64,000 bases of DNA from Balanoglossus misakiensis (taxonomy: Eukaryota > Animalia > Hemichordata), in assembly GCA_040954595.2 (NCBI GenBank), contig CM082587.2, forward strand, positions 649,522 through 713,521, given 5' to 3'. A program made the translations under genes and the position numbers. The notes under the pieces were generated by a model that was given only the letters and a program-made list of their open reading frames with translations, did not search any database and was not told the DNA's origin. Below are positions 24,862 to 37,600 of the stretch, in pieces (the first letter of the stretch is position 1; every line of letters starts with the position of its first letter).

Positions 24862-27539
24862 TACACCCACGAGGTGTTTTATTCACATCCCATTTCTCAG
24901 CCTACCACCATGACCACATACGGCAGAAAACTGGTAAACATAGTGTCTTGTTTCGTGGTCTCGTCAAAGGCCACCCATCCCGTTCCCTCCAGTGTTCCGA
25001 TAGAGCCCAGTTACCTAATTACACCACCCGACAATTTCGTCTTTCAAGTGTTTTCCGTCATACTGTGCAGATCTGAATGACATCCTCCATTCTGTTTTGA
25101 TTTCATTTCACGCCCAAACCTTTAAGAACAGTCACGGTATAGAAACAGGATTTGTTTCAAACCATTTGTCATATCAAAATTCTCTTCTTAATTAATTTGT
25201 TCCGATCATTTCCATAAAGCTATTAAAGTTGTTAACATAGTTGACACTATAGGATATTATTCTTTTGATTGGGTTGAAAACTGACTTTCGACCAATGTCA
25301 GTGGTCATACAATTAAAATATCTGAAACGTCAATTACAAAACACACACTGTAAACAACCCACGACCCCGTAACAGCCAGTGTTGGTTGAAATGTTATTGT
25401 TGATCAAAACGCCAGACATCCTTCCCACTCACCCCGGTCTTACTAATATACCACTTTCCCGTTCGAGATCCTGTCTCCTGCCGATGGGAAGAGTGAGAAC
25501 ATGGAATTCGGAGTCAACGTTTCGGGGCAAGACAATCTAGAGAGGTTAATCAAGAATAGAAAGAGATCCCACTCTTTGTTTACATGTAAATGTGTCGTAA
25601 TTTGAAGGATTTCTGCTATCAGCAGTGGTTAATATGAGTTTTATTAAGTTTGTAATTTGATCCTTATATAGTGTAAACTTCATTATGTTTCCAGTGACCG
25701 CCCTCTGCTTGAGAACTGTACGACGAGACGACCTATTCTTAATTACCCATGACCTTAGGGAGGTCAGACGAATTGAGTGTATGATTATTTCGGTGTTACA
25801 CGATTGTACATGTGGTATGAACTGTGTTTTTTTGTCATCCAACTGAACTGGCGGAAATGTATGGTTGTGTACTTCTCCGACTGTCTCGACATAAGAACTT
25901 GGTCTAGAATTCCTGAAGGGTGGGTGAATCACTGAATGCAATACATGTTCCTCTTGGTAAGGCGGGAGACGGCAGAAATGAGAAAATTGGGGATCGTGGT
26001 ATGTGCATTTCTGCGGGAGAGATTGACATTACATCAAAAATGTGACTGTGTTATTATTTTGTCAGTTCTTCCAGACAATCAGAACCGTCTTGAATGACAG
26101 CTCAGCATGGATTCATTGAGACCGAGGATAATTTTTCGTATGAAACAAAACTGTTAATCAAAATAACGTTAAATATACCTGTAAGCTAATGGGAGTGTAA
26201 TGGAGAGCAGTTTATTTTGTCTCAGGCGATTGCGTAAATAACTGTCACCTACGATGAATACAATTATGCTAATTACAGAGGGCAATCAAAGGCGTTAAAA
26301 ATAACACATAGCTGTCTGTCACCGTTGTCGGGCCGTTTCAGAGAAGCATTCTGTCCCACACAGGTCGTTAGTACGCATGCGTGAGAGAAAAAAATAGACA
26401 AGCTATCGGAAACTTGATGGTTCGGGCACAAGTAGCCAATTATAGCAAGTCAACTTCGGGGGAACCTCTGGCAATGCTTCCCAACATCCATTGAACGTCG
26501 CGTTTTTTGGTGCGTGGAAAACCCAGGCAATTTCCTGCCGCAGCAGCTGCCACCATTGATAATGTACACTGTTTATTTTCATTGACATTCGTTAAATTGC
26601 ACGAGTCGATAATAATGGTGCACAATAATGAAACCTTCCAGTTGGAGCGGGATTACTGTCGTAATTGGGTTCTTACTCCCAAACATCAATCATCTTGTTC
26701 CATGCACAATCCCCAACCAAGAAAATACTAAGGCAAATTCGATCCACCAGTATATTTCTGCCATATTTTCTGCATCCGCTGGAAAATCCCACGTAATGAA
26801 GTTGCCTGGTTTTAATAAGGCTGGGTGGGGTATCGGCTAAAAGGAAATTTCGTGTCCGCTAGCTCATAACAGGCTGAGACTTGAAAAGACCCACGCGCAC
26901 ACATTCCAGCCAGCTTTAATAAGCTCATAGAGGAAATGAAACGGTCGATTTTTGGTTAACCCTCCGCTGGCTAATCGCTAGCTAATTAATTTCTGTCAAC
27001 AAGTGCTAACACCAACACTGACACCGTGGCATATTTTACAGCTTACAAAGCCCTCAGCATTTTCGCGGACACAGCTGGAAAAAGTTGTTTTAATTCACCG
27101 TCGAGAAAATCAAAATAAAAGCAGAAAGGAAAAAGAGAGAGAGGGTGGCGTATGTAGCCGATCCCCCTGGAGGAATCCTTCACAACGGATCGTACAATGA
27201 ACCAGTGGAGCGTGGCTAACACGACAACCAAGATGAGTTATTAGGTTGTCGATAGGAATACATGCTTCTTAATGTTTACGACAATATCTATCTGATCGGG
27301 TTCAGGGAGCCCGGATGGTGATTTCCACTCATTAATTACACTGTTTTTACCCTCTGAGAATCTTGATTGTCGGGCAATCGAGAATTGACTGGGGGATAAC
27401 CTGTTTTATATTCTGTTTCGCCTTTTGTTCAGTTGTATATTTTTGCATAAGTTTAAGCCAATTTTCAATGTCAAGGCTCTTACGTTTACTTAATCATGGG
27501 AAATTCGACAAGGTAATTAAACGTAGGCGCGGCCGATCG

Positions 27540-27690
27540 TGCACACAAGGGAAAAGTTTAATAACGTTCGACGGAAACCATAAACACCTAAGTGACAGGT
27601 TGTTGAGATTGCATTGGTTGCCAATATGACTGAAGTGTGATCTTAATACAGCTGTGCTAGCCAGAACTCCCAGACAACAAACGCCGCAAA
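27540..27690 (+). mobile_element. Decayed non-LTR retrotransposon (L2/CR1-like) ORF2 C-terminal fragment
   Basis: Translation ...SLITFDGNHKHLSDRLLRLHWLPI*LKCDLNTAVL resembles the L2/CR1 motif LIT....HITP.L..LHWLP...R..FK..L; contains an in-frame stop. Confidence 0.4.
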
Positions 27691-28419
27691 ATTGAAATCA
27701 AATAAGTTGACAACAAAAATACAATTACGCGCAGCACACGTGATTAGAGATTATGTCTTTAATTATGGATACGTTATTACAACTTAACTGCGTCCGGGCA
27801 GACCATTCAATAAGTCGGTTTTGTAGCACGATGAGGATCGTGTAAACAATGCAAAATCGACCGTTGTGTTGCTGGAATGCAACTCTTGAACACAAATTTC
27901 ATTTTCTAGCACTCTGGAACTGATGTAGGCGTAGTTTTTCTGGTATTTCACAGAAAAGCTTTGTTATCTGGTGATTTGGATTGCTGGACACCCCCATGGA
28001 AATAATAAAACGTGCCATTTGGGTTGGCAATTACTGGCAGGATAGCTAGTTTGTCGTCTGGCCATTGTTGGCGCTGTTTCCTATGCAATACACATGTTGG
28101 GTTTCAGCTGACACGGTCATTAAGTATTCTGTAATTTGATTCGCTGTTGGTAATCATTAAGTCTCATTCAACGAAGGTTCAGCGCTGGTAAAGGATTCTG
28201 GTTTGACACTACAACTACACGACTCGCAGGCCTCGTTTCGTTTGTCTGGTGGAACGTTCCGAATCTATGTAGTTGACCGCTCGAGACGAACACAGTGGGG
28301 TCCATCATTTCGACAGTGCCGTGTCGGTAATCGAGGCGACGTTACACACACTGAGCCGATTGCAGGTTGCTCGAGCAGCGCTGACAGTGCAGTGTTAGTG
28401 TTGAAGACCGCCATCGACC

Positions 28420-28599
28420 ATTTACTCTTTGTATGCAGACTCGCCAAAAGCTGGGAATGGTCGTACGAGCCACTCCGCCTCAGTTTCACACTACGAACTA
28501 ATTAGATTTTACGGTTAATCGTGTGCGCGTGTCTCGGGATATATTGCGACAACGTTGAAATTTACAAAGGACATTTTTGTAGCTGACGCGCTCTCCCAA
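28420..28599 (+). promoter_or_regulatory. Candidate LMO4 proximal promoter and 5' UTR
   Basis: Initiator-like TCAGTT at 28480 preceded by CCGCC, 120 nt upstream of the ATG; CpG-rich. Confidence 0.35.
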
Positions 28600-28636
28600 A
28601 TGGAGACTAAAAACACGCAATTCGATGCCGTTACGG
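28600..28636 (+). CDS. LMO4: LMO4 candidate first coding exon
   Basis: ATG start giving METKNTQFDAVT, then G|GTAAGT (consensus donor, phase 1), in frame with the CC-ACA-ATG start of the next exon. Confidence 0.6.
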
Positions 28637-31600
28637 GTAAGTCTAACATTATATAAACAGACGTGTTTTTACTCTAGTGTGTGAGCTGGTTCTGTCGAAA
28701 TACGAGCTGCGTTGGTCGCCAAATCGCACCGAATTTCAGGAAAGACCGTTTGGTTTCGGTGTAGACGGGCGGAGAATGCTTGCACGGTGTTCTGTTTTGT
28801 GGTAAAGGCGACCGCGTTGTGTGATTTTTGCTGAACAGCTGCACGGAGACAGATCCGCTAGTACGTGACCTCAGTGGCTGCGCTGTATACATCGAGAGCG
28901 AACGTCGAGCGAGAGCCACGCAAGGGCATAACATCCGCGCATAGCGGTTCAAATTGAATACATTACACCGTCGTTGACAGGTCGACCGACTCGCTGATAT
29001 CTTCCTAAACATTCCGGCTGTCCTCAGTCGGTGAAAATACCCATCAAAACATCGGGGTGGTCTTGTCGACATGGCATCAGCCTTCAGCTCGTGCTGCAAT
29101 ATTCCAATTGTTTGTACTGGTGTAGTGTTGTGTACTTTAAGACCATTTTACGGTGACACTCGCCAATGAAAATTGCTGCTATAAAAATACTTCAGGTCTC
29201 ACTCACACCCTGCCCCACGCCGAAGCATTTATAAGCTCTGCATTCTTGATTTTCATTCTCCCTTTCCTTACTCTCTCTCGTTGCAGCCACAATGCAGCAG
29301 CAGTCAACGACGAACAACAACAACGCCAATTTACGGTCCTGTGCAGGATGTGGCGGAAAAATAATAGACAGGTTTTTGCTGCATGCTCTGGACAGATACT
29401 GGCACACTGGTTGTTTAAAGTGTACGTGTTGTGGGGCGCAGTTGGGAGAATTGGGGCCGTCATGTTTTTCCAAAGGCGGGATGATCCTGTGTAAAAAAGA
29501 CTATTTGAGGTAAGTGCAATTGCGTTTTCTCTAATGACTTAATTAACGTAAAAGTCGTGTGTATATACGCGTGTTGCATGTCGTGAATGTAATTGCCTGT
29601 ACCGTGTCGAGTCCATTTATCCGTCCATCAGAGCCACGCTGACTGTTTTCAAAACCACCCAATTACGACGCGACCAGTTCTCTGATTGACAGTGAGCGAA
29701 GCCCTAAACGTTGAAAATGGGGCACCCATTGTGTGGGACTATGAGTGGGGATTGCCAGCGTGTTTACTAGAGAAGTCTGCGAAATGTTTGAACTCTTTGA
29801 AAGCCCTGTGCACGCTGTCACTTCCAACCTCTCACTGCTAATACCACTGTTTTTGTTGAGGTACTTATTACGCTTTTATTGAATCCCATTTACTCTGTGT
29901 TAGATCGAAAACAAACCGGCATGTCAGTGGCAATAATTCCTAATGCAGTCTCTTACGCTCATCAGCGCAGATCTGGTTTCTTGGTGCTTTTATCGGGGGG
30001 TTTTGCTCAAACAAATTATCTGAATATAGAAGGCCAAACGAGTAAGTTAAAAGGAAATCACCGGCGGCCAAGCCGTGGAACCTCTAATGGCGAACAAATT
30101 CAATTTAGCTCGCCCAATGGAAGTAGAAACCGTGGCTATATGCATTTAGCATGTATTGAGCCAGTCGCCAGTGCGCAGGCGCAAAAGGGTTGCACATTAG
30201 CCTGCGAGAATTATAATTGCTATCACTGTGCCTGCATTGGACATTTATTGAATTCAAGAGTGAGCGCTCATTGTGAATGAAGTACACGTTTTCTAAGATT
30301 GAATCGAACCAAACGCAAACTGGGCTAATCGTATGCTAAGTAATTGGTGTGGGGAAACAACGCGCTCAAGAGTACCCTTCAGATTTTGCAAGGAAGAACG
30401 TATCTCGTCTCCAGACGTGTACTCGTCTCTCCCCAATATTATTAAAGAACAGACCAATCGCTCCCCCTAGTTACATATATATGTAAATAAGCCATTAAGC
30501 AAAGACATCTATATTGATAGGGTACCCATTTCGGTACGAAATGAAGTTGCAACTCAAGCTAAGACCTGGGTAATGGCAGCTTTTGTTGTAGTCTGGTTGT
30601 CCTGTTAGCCGGGTATTCCCCAAAGTACATTTTTGTCCGAAAATTGCTTCAGTTTGGTAATGAGCTGGCAAGCACCAGATATAAGTTTCAATATATATGT
30701 TAATGCGTTATGGATTCCATACATCTGTTTAAGTATTCACCATAAAAAAATCACACACACACAGCAGGACAAGGGGGGAGTCAGAGAGAATTTTGAAAAT
30801 GTATAGAAAATCCGAGTGCAGATGACTTTTATGATGAAAAAGACATGGTCGGGTATTATGGTGAGTTATGTGGGTCCATATATCATTGTAGAGGCTGCAG
30901 TGTGTGATCCCATTCTGCCCATTACCGATTCTCGATGGATTTGGCTTAGGCATTCCTATCTCTTCCCCATCGCCTTTTATCAACACAACACTTGTGATAT
31001 TGGTGAATTCCATCTCTCGTCCTTGGAGACCACAGAATCATTAGGCCAGACTTATTATGGTAATGCACGATGGAGGGCTCATTAAAACTTAGTAAACGTT
31101 CCTCTGTTTGCTGAATGGACATTACTCAGCCGTGTTTAACCCTCGCCGTGTTATTAGTACTGGTAATGCAGTTTTTCGGTTCCCAGATAAATAAAGAATG
31201 AGACTAACTCACCGTGAAGCTCTTAATGAACTTAAAATGCGTGGAAACTCGTTATTCCTTTGTAGCTAAGAATGTCAACAGTGCGAGGACACGATTTTTC
31301 ATTTAGCAGTCGGTTGTAGAACTCCCCAGCCTTAAATAGAAATGACATGACAATGCGACTGTGAAAAATGACCGAGTCTACCGCCTCATAAACCGACTTT
31401 TCCAGCTCGTGTAATGAAAAAGTATTAAAGTTAATTTCCTCTGTCATTAATATATATGGACTTTGTATGGATTAAAACATATGGAGTGAGAGGGGGGGGG
31501 GGGCTGGTTGCTTACGATTTCCGATGTCTGCATGAATGGGACGGGAGATCCATAAAAGTAATAATAGTTAATATTGGCCGCTGTGTCAATCGAGTATGCG

Positions 31601-34600
31601 AGAGGCCGACCCCAGGTGACGGGCCCTTGCAGCTTCGACATGAAGAAAAACTACTCGAATTTTTCTCGTTCAATTTAACATTTAGAAGAAATGTCTCGTT
31701 TTAAATTGAAGCTATAAATATTCCAACAGGGTAGTACTCACAGAGGAATTCAACTTGTCTATCAATTATACCGTCACCCAAAACAAAGACTTTCCATTCC
31801 ACACAGGATTTGAAAATAGCCTCCATTTTTTATAAAAGGGAATTTCCAGATTTTCTTTTTCATTTTGAAATAAATGGGCTACGTCTACGTAAGGTTGGTT
31901 TGAAGACAGGTGAAGATACTGTCGATTCCAAAGCAGATGTTCTTACGGGGATAGTTACGTAGTCATATTCGCCCCAAGACATGATTCGGTTTCTTTTTTT
32001 TGTTAACGGCAACATTCATTTGAACAAGGAATGTGTCATTGAGTAGATGCCGCAAATCTGACACTTAGACGAAACTCAAATCTTCCGACCCTTCACAGGA
32101 TTTCTTGACGCTGTGTTTGGAGTCATGGTCCAGTCCGTTTTCAAACCGAGCGTTTCCATCAACAGGTACCGCGCAAGTAGCGGTATCGCCAGTAAATCGA
32201 CTTAGGTGCTTATGTTGTCATTAAGGTGCCATATTCGAGGGTTTGAGACGACAGGATTGGAACTCTGTTGAGTTCTTCTGGGGATAATTGAGACGTCGCA
32301 TTAACCTGATCAGCCTAATCATGCATACGACCATTATGTACCTTGTACCATGATATGTCAGAGATTCGTCGGCATGGATGCCTTGCGACCTCACACAAAC
32401 AAAAACAGGCTTTCTGAAAGTTTTACTGAAAATTCATTAGTTCGTTTCGTTTGCGGGTTTTCGATACTTTTTTTCATCGGGTTGTATGTGTGTCTATTTC
32501 AATTACCCTCTTGCTGAATTGTTGAGAGCCTTTCTTGTTTTGTACAAAAAAACCTCGCCACAATAGCCCTAACAATTCAGCAATCCGGATTAAACGGTGT
32601 TGACAGACAAATTCGATCCTAAATGCCGCTTCTTAATGTCGTCCATTGTGTTACCCTAATATACAGTTAACCAAATTACACTTAGGGGCATTATTAAGCG
32701 GTTAATTGTGACCCATTAAACCTTTAATATTCCATATACTGACCGTTGTATCCAACCAACTTCTGCAACATTTCAAGTGAAAGAAGAAAAAAGTGTGGGG
32801 CCGACATTTTTGGGGTGGTTCACCTCTCCTCTGTAAAGAGCTGCCACTTACAAAGAATTAGTCCAAATTTGACGTGCTTTTAGCGTCCCGTGTTACAGTA
32901 ACAGAACCTAGCTACTGTAAACACCGCGCAGTTGTATCTTAGCTGGCATAATGGACTGCACTTATCGCGAGATTGTCTTTGACAAGAGTTCTGACTTAAA
33001 TTGAAACCAATTGTCCACAATTACTTGGGAGAGACTCAATCCCCTCGAGTAAACATTAACCGAACCAACATATCCAATAGGCGCCGTAATTAGTGTCCTC
33101 AACTTACAGGTGTTTCAACATTTTTTTCTCTCGAAAAACATTCGAAGCGTGATTATCATGTTTTTTCTTGTTGTAACTTTTATGGAAATTTTCTTCAAAA
33201 CGATATTATACAAAAGACTGCAGCGTCATTAAATTGAAGAGGAGACGAGGAGTGACCGTAATCAATTTAATCAGAAATATAGAATACATGTAGTTTACAC
33301 TTTGTTCTGCTTGAGGTGTTAAGCATCAGCCAAAATATATAATATAACAGTCAGACTTTATCTAGATCATTAATGACCCAATTGGCCTGAATTAAAAAAG
33401 TCCGGACGATCCTAAACTGTAAAAAAAATCGTACTGTGCTTTCAATTGCGAAAGGTCTCTTTAGGAACTACAAAATGCTTTTGGTAAAATCGCAAATAGA
33501 AAATCCGAAGCCTTTGCAGCAGTGTCGGATTTTGCGATAAAATACCGTGACCCGACAGTCTAGATCAGAACGAATGCAATATTTAAACAGTAAATGGAAA
33601 CTCTAGTTAAAAATTAAGCCTACATTAAAAGTATACATAAGACCCCAATTAAGTTCGATTTCAATTTCCACCATTAAATGGGATTTTTCATTCAATGGTA
33701 ACAGCTGGGATTGTAATGTCAATACCATCACCGCAACTGTTGCCCGCTTAGTACCGAATAGTATATATCGTAACCGCACAATTCAGTGGAAAAATAGGCT
33801 CGTTCGCTGTATGTTAAAATCCATCGTTCGAATTTGGTAACCCCGGACTTTCACAGTGTAACTAACGACAATTTTTGTCCTTCTCTTTGTTTTAACTTTG
33901 CAGACTTTTCGGGAATACTGGGGCTTGCAATGCGTGCGGACAATCAATACCGGCCAGTGAGTTCGTCATGAGGGCGCAGGGAAACGTCTATCATCTGAAA
34001 TGTTTTGCTTGCAGTTCGTGTCACAATCAGTTAGTCCCAGGAGATCGGTTTCTTTTAGTCAATGGAAACCTATTCTGCGAGAACGATCACCAGAAATTAC
34101 TCAAAGCCAATAACAACACAGGAATCAGAGCAAGAAATAAGGTAAGGTTCATCCATTTTCGAACGCGCGCGCTTTTCATTACAACCGCTAAACTACTGGC
34201 TTTGCATGCGACAGACAGTTTCCCGCCCATATTTGTATGAAAATTGCACATTATATCTTATCGCCAATTTTTATCTAGAATGAAAGCTTTCAAACCTTCA
34301 CATGCAGTTTCATCAAGGTAAAAGCATTTTGCCGTTAAAAGTTTTCAAGCATTTCGGTTACATTTCGCCAACGGCGCCTAAAAGGCTAATAACAATATGA
34401 CGCAAAAACACGCAAAAATTACCAGTACCTTTCTGCTCAATGTAACTTGGCACCGACCATTTCTTTAAAAATGTCAACAATGCGCTGTGCCGTGAAGCCT
34501 AACAACAATGCGTTGGTGTTTTTCGGGTCCATTTTAAATTGGAACTATCTGCAACTAAAAATACTCTCGGAAACCAGTGTGAATTTGATTAAATTTTCAA

Positions 34601-37600
34601 AATATTTATCGCCAGGCAATCAGGCAGTAGGGCTTTCAACCAACAGCATCGGGCATCGCCAGTTATTACTCATTTTCGTGTAGATTAAAAATGTCAAAGT
34701 CTAATTGGTTTAAAAGACTCTACCTCGAATAGCATCCAGTTTGCTTAATGAAGTGTTTAATAATTGAAAATCTCAAAGCCCGAGTGTTGACAGTGCACAC
34801 GCGACATCGTCACACACACATTGTAAAATTGTGTTTAACTTTTCACAATCCAACCTTGTACCTCTGCACCCTGGACCACGGACGGCTTAAGCTCAGTACC
34901 GACAAAATGTTGTTTCGTGTTTGCGTGTGGTCATTTTCCCGCCAAGATGTCCTTTCTGTCTTGGATATATTGGAGGCCTGAAGCTGTTAGATTAAAGGGT
35001 GCAGACAACTGTAATGTTTTTGCGAGTATTTCATGCAGCTTTCAAATAGCCGGGTATGGGTTGGCGGGAAAGAACGGCATGTGTGCATCGCGCGGCGCTG
35101 AGTGTTTCCAAACACCAATGAAATGATTGAACTGTTTTAATTTTAAAATGACAGACTCAGAGGTTAAATGCCGATGTATGTTGATAGCATGATCGAGTCA
35201 AATGTAAAGAAACCATAAACAGTCGCCATTATTTGCCAGGCTCAATATGACAGCTTTAATTTAACGGGTTTTGTCAGACTTAATAGGACAAAATATGTTC
35301 AATATTACAAAGTATATTACCAACAAAATAAATTAGATAAGTCACCCCAATATCGTGTGTTTCCAATAAAGTTGTTTAATTAATTTTGCACGCAAGTTCC
35401 TTCTGCCTGTCACTCAAAACTTCATACCAGTAAATTTTGATTAGATCGGTGCCAGAAAATTGGTCTCAGGATTCCATTATTTGAGTCTGCTAAATTGAGT
35501 GAAAATTCGTATTTTCAGCGAGGTAGTGAATAGGGAAATTTAATCATAAATATGGTAGGGAATAGGGCTCCACAAAAGTTTAATTTGGCGCTTGCATCTC
35601 GTGTTTGATCTCGGCAATAGCGATAACGCTGCTTTCGATAACTTGCGCCCGTGTTGTCAATAGAAGCGGCAGCAAGCTGTAACCTTCCATTTCCGCGTTC
35701 GAATTGAAAAATATTAGTTTGATCTTCGATGATGACGAGAAGCTCAAGGATTTCAGGTTGCCAGGCTAAAAGATTGCCAACACCACTCAATAATCTTACG
35801 AATGGCTCTGGTAATCTCTGTATCAATGCTACCAATATATTCCCTTCACTTTTAAAACACCTGATATTAGACTCGGCTGATTTTCCCGCGTAGATTGTGA
35901 CGCACGAACTGCAGTTAGTTGGAACTTTACTTTCCGCAAGATTAAAATAATTTGCAGGCGTGCATTCATTTGAGCATTTTGGGACAGTTCTGTGGCGATT
36001 ATTATGATTTTATGGTCCCGGCTAAAATTGGTCACCACTTCAGTTGAAAATTAAAGAAATTCTCGAATTAATCCGAAATAGCTGGCGGGAGAACTAGTTG
36101 CAGACGACATAAAACATAGCTGCCAATTTACGTTGCAGTATACGAGATCATGCAGTGAGATGTCACAAGAGAACGATACTTGTGTAGAAAAGCATACGGA
36201 CGATAATTGGAACTCTATTTATGACTACAATTTCAATTTAGAAATTCATTATTTCTACTGAGGCATATAGCACAGTGGGACGGTGTCGATCTCGATTGCG
36301 TACCACTGCAATGCCATCATGGCCACTCCCCATGGGCAGGTGCGAGAACAAGAAAGCCAAATTTGATCCTTGCCTGATTAATTTCTCCAGCACAAAGTGG
36401 GCGGAAATGGGAATCATCTCTGTTTGAAGGGGAATGTATTCACCAAATGAAGCAATGCAAAACTGCCGGTCGACAACGACGGGCGAATATTGCGAATATG
36501 TCGTCATAAAAATAAACGCATCCATTTCCCTCGGTTTGACGAGATCGCATCACATACCCGTGTCCACACAATAAAATCCCATCAGTTGTCTAATCAGAGC
36601 CGTATTTGTTTAAAGCATCTTTCAGGCAAATTAATTTCCAGTCGGAAAATGAATTGGAAAATATTTCGCCGCTGGAGATGATGTATGCGTCCGCGTCTGG
36701 TGATTTCCTATTCATCCAAAGCCCGGCCCCGTTTGCAACTCTATCGTCAGCAACGGCCTGATTTCCAATTGTGCACCGTCTCACGCGGCGGTCTCGAGAG
36801 CGACGTGTATGAGTACTCTAAGAGAGACCTAATTCGATTTAGCGGTAATTTGATGAGTCTCTTTTACAAGAAAAGCGACCCCTCTTCGAACAGACAAAAA
36901 ATACATTCCCCATGCAGCAGAATTTATACATATACAACAACCTAAGAATTGTACTCCATTGCTGTACAGTGGACGTCAGTGTATAAATAGACTCTCACTC
37001 ATTAGTGATTTCTATTAAATTTCCAATTTACGGAGGTTAATTGGTAGCATGCCTCCTAGAATATCAATTGATTGGCAATTTATAATAGGCATCTATTAAT
37101 TTAACAAAGTGGAAAGGCTAATTAATTAGGGGTCTGGAAATAGCTGCTTTCAATGCGCCCATATTGCAAAGAAAGGCGCAACTGCTTGACTATTAGACAT
37201 CGTAATTCTCGTATGCGTATACACAGCTGTCCGTGCGGGGTACGCCTGCAGCCGTTGCTGTGTTGCGCAATACCATCTCTTCCTACATCCAGTGTGTGTG
37301 TGTGTTGGCTATCGCTCCTGTCTAGGCCTACACACTTTCGCGTAAAATCAAACTCGCTAGAACTGATGAGCAGACCGCGTATCAAACTTGATTTTGTCCG
37401 TAGCGTCCTTAAAAGTATCGTCTCTTTCTGAAGATGAAAAAAATGGTTTCAAGTTGATTAGACAGTGTCAAAAACCGTGACACTGATTCTGCAGAACCCG
37501 ACAGAGCGTGAGCGATATTCTCCCTAAACCGTTGGAGTAGCTGACCTGACTAAAACCCCATGTATAACATCAGCGACAATGTTTATTATGTTGACTCGTA

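Noticed and set aside
30850-31030. Possible Penelope GIY-YIG C-terminal relic on the minus strand
   Set aside because: Only a vague resemblance; no diagnostic motif is intact.
34864-34890. RE1/REST-like site (ctggaccacggacggc) in the last LMO4 intron
   Set aside because: Mismatches fall in the core of both half sites, and REST is not established for this lineage.
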